Shown: positions 39,499-51,500 of the stretch, piece by piece
How the letters are laid out: each line of letters begins with the position of its first letter
How positions within the stretch are numbered: the stretch's first letter is position 1
Origin: Bigelowiella natans CCMP2755
Taxonomy: Eukaryota > Protista > Cercozoa
Assembly: GCA_000320545.1 (NCBI GenBank)
Contig: ADNK01001134.1
Location: forward strand, 1 to 64,000
Direction of reading: 5' to 3'
Length of the DNA stretch: 64,000 nucleotides
Notes under the pieces: model-generated
The model's database searches: none
Seen by the model: only the letters and a program-made list of their open reading frames with translations
Told to the model about the DNA's origin: nothing
Program-made: the position numbers and the translations under genes

Positions 39499-42277
39499 TT
39501 AAGGTGATGTAGGGGCAGGCAAAATAATGTCCGACATATCCACTGGGTGGTCGCACGCGGTTCTTAGCCCGGTCTCCTTATTTAGATCTCGGGGAAAGAA
39601 TCCTTCGTCTACGGCCTGTGGCAGTAGGAGCTTGTGTGAGTGGTGATGAAGACAATAAAAAATGCACGATAAGTCGTATGTGTCTAGATGCTCAAAATGT
39701 TCGAGTGGAATCGGAGTAGAAACCGATTTTACTCCATACAGGGAGAGCATGTTTGGCGGTTGATGGTGTGGAGAGCTACCATGCTGTAGCTCCAGTATTT
39801 CGCTGAAATATCCTTGCTTGCGCTGCCATCGACTTTCCAAGCCCAGAAAACCCAACCGAGTTCCTTCTCAAATACAGACTTTTGACCGACAAGTAAGGAA
39901 ACGTCAAGTAGGAACAAAGTCTCTCAAGCTCATACAACGGGAGAATAAGGGGAATTATGCGAGATAATAAATTTCTTCCCCATCATCATCATCATCATCA
40001 TCTTTTATGGAAACGGGCCAGAAAAGATTGTTGGACAATTAGTTCATCCTCATCATGGTTTACTTACCCTCTGTCGTTTGGCAAAGTCAGTGACGAGTTC
40101 TTTCCATTGGTTGTCGTTGCTCCTCTTGGCGATGTTCTTGCACTGCCCAAAATCTTGAAACTGATTTGCAGAGCTAGTGGAGCCAGTGAGGAATCCCATA
40201 CAATCATCTATTGCTAGCGACCATTCGCCGGTCATCGTCGGTAGGGACGAGCAGGTCTTGTAACGTAGAAGACTTCCATACCCACAAGCCATATCGTTGT
40301 GAATAATCTGTTTCATCATGTCATCGTGAGGGTTGTCGCTGGCCACATCCGATGGATTGAAAGCGTGGTACAAGTGCGTGTCCATGTACACGTTTCTAAA
40401 ATCAAAGCCCTTACGCCTCAGCAGCCAGTGCCATTCCTCGTGACGAAAAGCATCACACACCAAAATAGGAAGAGTCCCGTTGATTTGGCGGACCATGGGA
40501 ATGGCCTTGACGTAGAAATCGCGCACAATGCTCATGTCTCCGAAAACCCACGGCTCGTTCATCAGCTCAAGCATGAGGATGTTGTCAACGCCTTTCGAAC
40601 TTAGCATATTGATGTACTTCGTCATGACTTGAAGGATCTCAATGGTGCGCTCTTGATCTTCATCGCTGTAAAACCACCCGTCCCCCCATCTCTCTGGAAC
40701 AGGGTCCATCGAGCGAATACCGGAGTTATCGAGACCGTTTTGACTGCCTGGGGCTCCATGGAGGTCAAGGATGACATGGATGCCGTGTTTAGCTGCGAAA
40801 CTGATGACCCTGGTGATCGGATGATTCATGTCTGTCAAAATGTCCTCATCAGGAGTGATGTAGGGCGCTGGGTCCTGCTGCGCAGCTGCTGCGAAATACC
40901 ACCAGCCTACAGGTACACGAGCGGTGTTGATTCCGTATGAGGCCATGAGTTCGAAGTCCTTCTCTGTGTAGAAAGAATCCCAATGTTTCTTGAGAGAGTT
41001 TGATAAGCTGGTGTTTCCGGCACCAGCTTTGCAGTATGTGTATTGGTCGCGGATATCGTCGTTCCATGTGGTGAAGCCCTTGTTGATCCAGGGCTCGAGG
41101 ACAAACAGCCCACCGACATTGACTCCACGTATAGGGTTATCACCGAGAAGGCCTACCCATGGGGTTTTCTTCCATGGATCCACACGTGATGCGCCGCACC
41201 AAAGATGCGCCATTCCATTGAAAGAGCACGAACTAGGACCAATACCAGCAGTGGTGTTGAATACACCGCCAATGTACGTGCTTAAATAACCAAGATCCCT
41301 GAACAATGATTCAACATTTTAAATTGTCAAAAACATCCCCCGCAGTGCGTCGTTGTACCTCCTAATTTCAAGTTTGTAACTGCAGCTCTCTTATTTGGAT
41401 GTTGCATTCAACTGTATCCATCACTAATCTATTGCTGGGCATCGATGTTTACGCGGTAAAGTATGCAGTGTAGTGTGATAGGCGTAGTACTCTATTCTCA
41501 TGTTCGACATTATTCTGCAGTCAGTTCTATGAAATTATAGTTTATCGATCATATCATTATTACTGTTCCACATCACGTCCTGGAGTGAAAAGGTCAGCGA
41601 CTCCATTGGGGCAGCTCCAATCCTGGGGCAGCTGTCCGCAGTTAAAAGTGTGCCCTGGATAGTCTGCGAGAGTGAAAATTCCACGATTTAATCCGCATGA
41701 AGATCCCCATATTTGTCCAAGGTTGTCCCTGGAAGCGGAGTAAGACAATAAAAACAAGGTAAGAGTTGGCAAAGAACGAAAGTTGGATGGATGAATGGAC
41801 GGCTGTTCTCAAAACATGGATAGATTCTACCTGTAGCTATCGATGTTTTCCGCCGTGACACGGTTATCAAGTCGACACTGCATCTCAGAAAAAAGAGCTC
41901 CCGCGCGATAAATCTGCAGGGAATTATACCAAATGATGAATGACAATAAATATAACGAAGAGGATGGCCAGATAAATAGAATATAAACTGCCGACGTGCA
42001 GTGGAAAAAATAGTGAGTTCCCCCTTTTTTTTCCTATCTGTATATTTCTTCTTACATGGCTCTCGTTGAAGGCCACAATAGCCTCGCTAGGAGCTTGTGC
42101 AGGATCATCTCTATGATTGTGGTAGACAATAGAGAGAAGAAGGCAGATAGCGGTCATGACAACTACAACTTTGGTTATAGCCTGTCGTGCTCGTTTATCG
42201 CCCCACATATCCGAAGCCTTTCTTCCGGCTTTCCGTCCAAACGCGATAGTTCCATATTCACTGAATTTCCACGCCAT
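39499..42277 (-). CDS. GH5 exo-beta-1,3-glucanase-like with N-terminal membrane anchor
   Basis: RGVNVGGLFVLEPWI, RVPVGWW, DLHGAPGSQNGLDNSG, NEP acid/base, DTHLYH, GEWS nucleophile, GWVFWAWK. Confidence 0.9.
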
Positions 42278-42881
42278 GCTGAAACGCAACCCGTGACTTT
42301 GTTTTCCGCGGAATGTATCGAGTTACACGTAAAATAAAGCTGATTAAACTTTCCCCCACCGTTCTCAATGCAGAAGCAGATTCTAATCCTCTTATAAGTT
42401 AGATCCAATAAACTTAGTGTTCGGTCACTATTTCTGTTCGTTGTAATTAGGAAGTGAGAAAATGATGGCTATAGGTGATCCCTCCCCGCCTCTCTTTCCT
42501 TTCTGTTCCACTGAATTGCCAACAAAACTTAAATCTATTCCTATTCTCACCGAGAAATGCCCTATAATTCGTACGTGATGCAATCATTTCTTGTTGACTC
42601 ATGGTATAAATAGGAGCAAAGGCTGGTACGGAGCTTGTAGATACGAAGCTGCTATGAATAAGTGTAGTCGCTCAAATAGGAATTCTGCATATTTATTACT
42701 AGCGACACCGGTTTATAGGGTACTTCCCAAAGAATTCATGCTAAACTTTATAAAATAGGATATATCTGGTTGTCGCATATAGGAATTCGCCTTATTCGGT
42801 GAACTAGCAGAGGCAACTGGTGCTTTCAAACGAAATCGGTGGCACCCGCGCGCGAACTACGAATCCGCCCTCAGTACGACG

Positions 42882-44494
42882 ATGGCCTCTGCATGGCCGT
42901 CGATGCCTTCCCTTACGCAGACGATTGCCACAATTATCACACTCGTTACTGTCAAGTGGTTCTTCTCTTCATCTCCTTCTTCGTCTCAACGTGTACGGTT
43001 GCAGCAGCAGCGACTTCGTAGTCATCACGAAATGGGTACTACCACAATGCCTATGCAGCGGATGATGCAAAGACGACGCTTGTCCCCCGCCTCGCTCCGC
43101 AGTAATGTTCTCCAACATAAACCTAGTTCGAAGCTGGCCGCGGCCAGCGGAAGTGAATCATCTAGCCCTCCTCCTTTCACCGTGGAAGAGCGGGATCGGG
43201 TCATATCATCACTACAAAAAGTATCCGTTAAAGCTGACGGGGTCGACTGGGCTAAACTAAAGCAACTCATTTCGAGCACAGCACATCAATCACACAAGGA
43301 TTGGGAAAATACGGAGAGGGCGTCCGACGTGCTGGCTGGCATTATCGGGGGCCCGGATAATGCCAACTTTAGGAGCATGTTCGAACGTGTACTTGGAGAA
43401 GGGAACTGGGAATCTGCCGAGAAGAGCGCAAATGCTAGGCCTTCAGGGCAGAAGCCATGGGCAGTCCTCGTGACTGGTCTGAATGGGATAAGGTAATTTA
43501 TTGGATGTCGTTGTCCACTGAGAACCCGATCGTTTACGTTAAAATGGTGATGACTTACTTAATCATCGCATTTCATCGCATCATTACTATTATTTCACAA
43601 TGTATTGTCTTATTGCTTAGGAAAACCACCTCAGTGTATCAGCCATGGTTTAAGAAAGCACTCTTTGAGGCTTTACAGCTGAAAACTGGGAGCGCCGCTA
43701 CCAAATCGTTGCTGGGACTGTCGACATTGTCTTCCTCATCTTCGAGTATTACCAAAGAAGAGGAAGAAGCATTGCTTCAAATTCTTCCTGATGGAACAAA
43801 TTCTTTCTTTCGCCAATTGGATTTCATGATCGCCACGGTCGCAAACGAGGAATTCAAGGAGCTGTATAAGATCGAGGATATTCCTTCTTATGCGTCGAAG
43901 AAAAGCGACATCTTCTCTCGATACCGAATGCTGGCGGAGATGCTGGGAGTTCTCCTCGTGAAAGAAGCGCAAAAATCCAAGTTGAATGTGATGGTTGAGA
44001 CTAGTGGCAAGGATGTTGCTATGTTCCACTATGTTGACAAGTTCTTTCCAGACGAGCACTACAACAAGCTCGCACTGCATTTCACAATCGATGACATTAA
44101 GTTTGCAGAGGATTCTGTTGACACACGAATGTTACGTGAAATGAAAGATGGGAAAACAGCAATGAATCGCCTGGTTGGTCTTGAACAAGGTGCAGCGTCA
44201 AGGTCGCCTTCTCACCCATCCGAGGTTGCAAGCGCTACGAAGACGATGATCGATGCGAATGCAGGCGGTCCGTATGGGTCAGCGGTTCTTAAAGGCGTCC
44301 AAGAGGCTTCGGACAAAGTTTGGTCTTCAGTTATAGAAGGAAAGGACGAAGTAAAGGGTGCGGGGGAATCTTGGTACAAAGCTTCATTTGCGATTAATGC
44401 GAGTGATAGCAAGCCATGGACATTAAGTGCAATCATCCCTCCCAAAGGAGAGGAGCCTATTGCAGCTTCTAGATATGTATTCGAACGCAGATAA
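42882..44494 (+). CDS. Uncharacterised P-loop protein (zeta-toxin/kinase-like), 2 exons, possible organelle presequence
   Basis: VLVTGLNGIR|KTT Walker-A variant across the intron at about 43493-43620; NVMVETSG; hydrophobic then Ser/Arg-rich N-terminus. Confidence 0.7.
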
Positions 44495-45466
44495 TGTATA
44501 ATTAAAATGCTGCTTTATAGTACACCCGGCTGAAGCGCCACGTCTTTCGAAAGAGTGAAAAGATTCTAATATTCCGAATTTTTCCCGGCATGACTCATGG
44601 AGCTTTGGGGTGTTTCCCAATATTAACAGTGTCAAGCTATTTAATCCCCTCAGAGCTGTATCGTATTCTAGCTCGTAACCTTAATTGATAACTACACAAT
44701 TTACAATCAGATGATATCGTCATGAACGACCTAATAAATGATGCAAGTCAATTTAGATATGTATATATGATGCATGTACACACACAATATTGTGTAGTTT
44801 CTAAATGCAAGTACGTGGCAGATGCCTCAATGTATGTGACGGCTGTAATGAACAAATCAAAATTTGTTTTCAAATTGTGCCACCATCTAGCCATGATGTA
44901 GCATTATTAGAGCAGGCTCAATGCGATGTGTGCCGATGATCAGATCGAACTAGCGAATCGGAGCGCAAACGCGAATGCTGCCAATAAAAGCTCCCTCCTT
45001 AGAGCGCGTAAACGAGTAAGGGCTCTAGGGCTCCAGCGGCTGCATGCGTGCGTGCATGCATGTGTGTACGTGCATGTTCTACACGCTGAGACGACTGCTT
45101 GTTTGCTCTGCTACTAATGCTAAGGTGTGTGTGTAGTAGCATTAGCAAGCGCCGAAATTGTGGTTACAGCTGGCGCGATAATAGACACAGTCATCGCGTG
45201 GAGGAGTCGATCCTAGAAATGCTAGAAGGTCATTATGAACACCTCCACATCTAGACATTTCTAGAAACCATGTCACCGGTCATGCAAATGTCTCTATCTA
45301 GATCTCTAAAAGCGTGAGTAGGTAACTCATCATCAACCAACCACATGCGCAGCAACGGCTGCAACTATACAACAGGGCGCATCTAGCCAGTACACAGCAA
45401 TAAAATGAGACATAGGCTGCCCCGTAAATGAAATTCAAGCATCGCATCGCTAGATAGTAGTATCAA

Positions 45467-46681
45467 CTAACAGCCACCATCGAGCCAAACATCGATCTGC
45501 GCAAGTGCCCTTTCCTTGAGCTTCGCTGGAGCTTTGGAGTACGTAATGCTGTTTCGTGCGAGGGTCGCAAGCTGCTTGTCGGTGAACCCAAGAAAGTGTC
45601 GTACGATGAGATACTCACGATTGAGGCTGTGCGCGTTGACAGACGTACCGAAGAAGCCAGGATCGTCGGAGCCAAGCTGCACATGACGCATAGTACACGA
45701 CATTGTCGATTATTTATTCTTCCAAAGGGGGGGAGGGGGAGCGAAGTTTCTTTGATGAAACATTGACCAAAAAATGGAAAACGAAAAAAAAATCACACGC
45801 TAACATCCATGACATGTGCTGTGCGAGTTGAGTGATTGGAAATTGGCAGCAATGTGATAGGATGATGGCGAGAAGAGAGGGATGAGATCAGTGCAGTCCT
45901 ACCGTGCACGGTATGCCTGCATCGAAGAGCTTGCGGAGGGGGTGGGAACGCAGCCCGTTGGGGATATACGTCAACATGCGATTGCTCAGCGGGCAGACTT
46001 CCAAACACACCCCCTTCTCCTTGAGCTCCGCTATGAGTTTCTCGTCGGTCACAGCGCAGATGCCGTGTCCAATCCTCTCTGCTTTCGCGAAGCGAAGCGA
46101 CGCCCACATGTTCCCCGTCGACCGTTTCTCCTCGTCTCCCTTGCTCAGGTACTCACCCGCGTGGTGGCAGATGATAGGATACCCTAGTTGAATGATAAAA
46201 AACATAATCGTCATACTAAGAGAGGCCCCAATAACGATACAAAATATTTCCTGTTGTGTCAGGTTCTTTGGTGTGTGTAATGGATGCGATTTGATGAGAG
46301 CCACGCTCTCCCTGCCCAACCTGCATCTCTCAGCATCTCAAAAACCTCCTTGCTCTCTGCAGCGCTGTCCTCGCTACCCCACGCTCCAAAACCAACGATC
46401 GAAATAGCGTCGTCATCGCCGAGGGCCTTGATCCAAGCTAACACCGTTTTGGCTTCAGCTGGACTCTTTGGGTGGGGTAGGATGAACCGAAGAGAAACCT
46501 ACCGCACAAAGGTATGATGTCTCACTCCTTTCACCTCTCCCTCACACAATGATTGTCGTTGTTGCAAAGGCGAGAGAATACCTTGCCCTTGTATTCCTTC
46601 TCCAGTTCCCTCCATACTTTCAATATCATCTTGTACCGACTGTCATCAACCTCTTTCCCTAACACCGCGTATGCAGAATAT

Positions 46682-46737
<56 letters not shown>

Positions 46738-46988
46738 TGTGTGCGTGTTTGTGTGTTTGCGTATGGAACAAACCGTCTTCATCGAGGCGTAAGGCCGGAG
46801 CAGCTGCTTCTATCCACACTATGTTCTCCTTGACCGCGTCCACGTACATGGTCTTCATGTAACGGCGGAGCGCATCTTCGCCGCCAGATTCGATCATATA
46901 TGACGCACAATATTGCCTGTCCTTCGCTCACGCAAAATGCAATGCACACGTAGACTTATGTTCTCATTTTGTCGTACATGTCTGGTGG

Positions 46989-47032
<44 letters not shown>

Positions 47033-47738
47033 AGAGAGAGAGAATGAGGGTATGGGCCAATGGAACGTTGTCACATAGATCTATCCATACCCATATTTTA
47101 GGAAACTCTTTGAGGCTGTCCAGTCTTTTAACTTCTCTCAGGATGTCGTTCTCACTGGCATTCGGCTCTAGCGTTCTATTCACAACAGACACCTCCTTAA
47201 CCCTCAAAGACATTACTCATACAACAGTTATTCCTCGCCCATTCCCTGTCTCTTTCTCAATATGTACTAGTGTATTATTGCCTGGGTCCGAAGAAAGCCT
47301 GGATGGGATCTGGTGTGGCGAGCTTGTCTGCACGCCTGTAAAACTTCTCGGCTCTTTTCGGGTTGGATTCTTTGATGGAATCGGCATAATCCCTCGCCTT
47401 CTTCACGAACCTGGAGAATCCAATTGTGTAACAACAACCCCATAAATCTTCATCTACGTGTCGCATAACCTCTCCTTGTCAAAATCCTTCGCTAACTGCT
47501 CCATCAGCTCACGAGTAACCATGGCTGCCCCGAAGTGGATGTGCAGGTGAGCCTACGGCCAAGATTGGGTGGAAGGGAAGGGAAAATATCCAATCAGAGA
47601 GCATCTTCAAGATTTCTTTTTGGTCATCAGGGTGCGGATCGCATGCAAAAGCCACGATGGCCATCGTTGAGTGAACTTTACTTTAGGGAGCGCGTTGAGG
47701 TCGCGTCGGCGGTGGGGGCGGGAATGTAAGCACCCCAT
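45467..47738 (-). CDS. Adenosine/adenine deaminase (amidohydrolase), multi-exon
   Basis: LPK|AHLHIHFG, CHHAGE, RIGHG, LEVCPLSN, GSDDPGFF. Confidence 0.9.
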
Positions 47739-48152
47739 CCGGTTAGGGCATCTCTTCTCTGTGGTCGGTCGTCGACGTGGGTTGTAACGGTACACACAGC
47801 CGACTCGACAGTTTCCGGTTTTTGGTGTTTTTCGGTGTGATTTTCCCTAAAAAAATGCATCGTTTCTCAGAGCACGGAATGGCTTCTTTCATGACGACAA
47901 GGGTCGCTGCTCGCATTTCCGAACAATTTGAAAAAGCTTCCCCCGAACATGCGAATCGAGCAATCGAAGAGACTTCGCTCGGCCTCCTCGGTTTCATCAT
48001 GCGGCAGCTATGCTTGGCTGCCCTAGATCAACCCCCGCCTCCCTTCCTTCCCGTGGTTCTAATCTGTGCGATTCCCCCGCTAGCCCGCCCGACACCCGAA
48101 TGCCGAATGCCACGTACTCATTCACTGCACGCCCATTGCGCTCATGTCTCCA

Positions 48153-48478
48153 TGTTGCGCGTAAGGTGTTCACAGGCCGAGGCGCTACGTGCACAAGTAG
48201 GCAGGGGGGGGGAAAGGCACGTTTGCTTCCTTTTGAAGAGTTGTGTTTATTTTTATTAAAGATTATATTTTTATTAAATCGTGCACTGCGTAATCATTCG
48301 CGAAGCTTTCGCGAATGCCGCCGCACGTGGGGCAGCACACTTCCGGTGTGCTGCCATGAGTCCCGCCGGAACCCACGTGCCTATGCTGTATTAATATCTA
48401 CGTTATCTATATTCTATATCCGCGACAACCCCTTTGTTGTCGCACGTGACTTGTGCCCGCGTAGTGGTACGCGCTACA
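48153..48478 (-). repeat. 3' LTR
   Basis: Base-for-base match to 53541-53866 by eye; adjacent to the PPT. Confidence 0.97.
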
Positions 48479-48529
48479 CCTCCCCCAAGTCACGTTGCTC
48501 CTTCCTTCCTTCCTTATTCCCTTAGACCT

Positions 48530-51500
48530 TCATCGCTTTCGGAACTTCACCAACCACCAGGTAATAGATTCCTCTCTAACCTTATCTCCTTTGTCGCTTA
48601 CCCAGAACTCACCTTCGTCCTTAGGTTCGTGTCCATACCAGCCCTCTGCATCAAGGTCCCCCAGGACCTTATACCAGTGCTCAAAGGGTAAGTCGGGAAC
48701 AGCTAGGTAGAGTAGCTGATATTTTCCGTCCTTTATTTTCATAGCTACCCTCTCCATATTTCGTAATCCAGGGTAGCCTAGATAGACAATCTTCATGCGC
48801 CAATCGTCGTTCACCCTGACCTTATTGTTTCCATATTCCACATCGAACTTAGGTCGGGGTCCTAAACAAGGCATTGCTCGCTCCCACACAGTAGGGTTTA
48901 CTTTAACATCCTCTAGGAGCTTCTCACCGATATCATAATTCTTTAGGTGACTGATGTGGCGCAAGGTGACCCTGTTCCCATCATAGATGTAGTACTGCTT
49001 CCTCCCCTTCCTCTCGGTAACCTTTGCAACGCCACCCCAGAAGGGGTCTTGTTTATTTCTCGATCTCAGATTTACCTTGGCCCTAACATACTGTCCTTCC
49101 TTTAGAACTCGGCCATCGTACGGGACCTTCTCGTCTTCGCTCTCGGTATCGTCGTCGTTGTCGTCGCCTTCTTCCCTCTCCTTATCCTTGATACCTCCCC
49201 CAGACGTGAAGGTGTCGTTTACTAACCCTTGTATCTTGTCTGGTGTGGTGCTATTTATCCTGCTTAGGTTGGCCAAGGTGCGGTGGAGTCGCTCTACCTT
49301 GGAGTTGGACTGGGCATAGTATACAGGTGAGGCATCAATATTAGGGTGTGGTAGCTGTAGAAGAGAGGTCTCATTATCCACATGTAACTTCTTTGGTATC
49401 TTGTTTATGCTAACTTCATCAGGGATAGCCTGGAGCTCAGACTCCCAGGTACGGTAGCAGTTAGTAAGCCTCTGCTTATATAAGCCTTTGTTCTTCTTAG
49501 CAACGTTGACCTTGATAATCTTTTTAACCCAGCACTTTCCAGTGGCCACATCAACGAAGGTAAGGTAGTGATAGCCATCGTACTTATAAACATCAATTTG
49601 CACGATATCTAAGAAGTTCCTTGCTTTGATTTTCTTAGATGCACGGCTCTTGCTGGACTCCTTGGTGGCGACGCCTGCCGCCTTCAAGCTGGAGCACCTG
49701 CAGCCACGCAGGTATGTCCTTATCTCTTTTAGCTTGTAGGGCCAGTAGTAATGGTAGAGTAGAGCAGTGATATGGTTTTCTCCTACGTGTGCAGGTCCAT
49801 GGGCGGTAAAGAGAAGGGCTCCCCTGGTCCGCCGTGGCACGTAGGTACGCCTAACATTATTAGTGTATACATATATCCTATCACTAAGTACCTCATGCTT
49901 GTGTTTGTATTTATCCAGGTGTTCTTGAAGGTGCTGGAGCTCCTCTGGCTCAGGCAGGAAGTCGCCGTCCTCGAAGGTAATCGCGTTAACCATAGGGGTG
50001 ACCTGGGTAGGGACTTTCTTTTCGAACAGCCTGCTGAAATAGTCAGCAAGCTGCTTGTCTCCTGGTGCGTAGACCACTGTCCTCTTGTCCCTAAACTCTT
50101 CCGTGTCCGCCCTCATAGCTGCATACTCATCGTTAGGCGCTTCGAGCTTGCGGTCGATGCCTAGGAGGGGCTTGTGGTCAGTCATTAAGGTGAAGCTGGG
50201 CACCGACAGCAGGTAGTATCTTAGTTTCCTCTGCGCCTCAGTCATGGCTTTATACTCTCCTTTTGTAGGGCTGTACTTGGCCTCAGCTGCTGTGCAGGCC
50301 CTGCCCCACACCCGTATGATCTGCTGGTCTTGGGTAAGTACAGCAGCCATACCTAGCTTAGACCAGTCTGTCCATAGGGTAGCTGGTCTAGTAGTGTCTA
50401 GCTTAGCATTCAATAGGGTGTTGCTGCATAACTTTATTAGGTTATCGAAGTGGGCATCAAGGCCAGCCTTGGCCCACACCTTAGCGAAGCTGAGGCCTAC
50501 AGAGTTCTCCTTCCGGTAAGCAGTAGTAAAAGCAGCTGCAGTCCTAGCGTAGGTAGGGGAGAACCTACGTAGTATCCAAGCTGCAGTCTGCAAGAATGAC
50601 TTTAACTCCTTTGCATTCTTAGGTTTAGGGGCTTGCTGTAGTGCTGCTACTTTCTCGGGGTTTGGGGTGATGCGGCCTTGCTCCAGGTAATATCCACACC
50701 ACTTGATTCTTGTAGCTAGGAATGTACACTTCTGCAGTCTAATAGTAAAACCGAAGTGTGCAAACCTAATAAATATATTTTCCAGGAGGAAGATCTGAGC
50801 GACGACTGTGTTGGTACATATTATGTCATCATCCACATACACAAACACAAACACCCACAACACAGACGCCATCCCATCATGTGTGTATGCCCTGTAGTTC
50901 TGACTACTGAACGCATCCCCTGATATGCTTAGGCCGTAAGGGAATACGACGAAGTGCCACTTCCTGTGCCTGCTGGAGAACGCGGTAATGGGGCGGGAGG
51001 TTTTGTGGATGGGTGTCTGCATGTATGATTCATTTTTATCTAGGGAAGAGTAGTATTTGTATCCTATGACGTGTTCAATAACGTCATCTATCCTTGGTGT
51101 AGGTGTCTGGATCCTCTTTATTACTCGGTTGTGGCGGATGAAGTTGTGCGCCAGGCGGAAGAAAGGGTAAGTAGGTTTCTTAGCTAGCACATGTCTCACG
51201 TTCCATGGTGAGTTGCTTGGCTCTATCTTCCCTTCCTTTGCCCATTCATTGATCTGCCACTCTATCTTTTCCCAGTCCGCTTCCGGTCGCCTATGTTCTG
51301 GGTCATTGATGATGCACTCTTCGTATCCCTTCTTTAGCTCGATCTTTACTGGGGTAAGCTTGCTGGAGGGCTTCGTCGTCGGCTTGGTGATGTCAGAGTA
51401 CTTCTCGTTTAATATTTTATTAATGTACTTTTTGCCTTTGTCGATATCCCAATCATCAGCTGGGGGGGTCTTGTCCAGTAGCTCCGTTATCTGTCGGATG

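Noticed and set aside
45467-48907. Adenosine deaminase next to the Dam-like retroelement as a functional A-to-G module
   Set aside because: ADA-family amidohydrolases act on free nucleosides or nucleotides, not DNA, and the element is a recent insertion; adjacency is probably chance.
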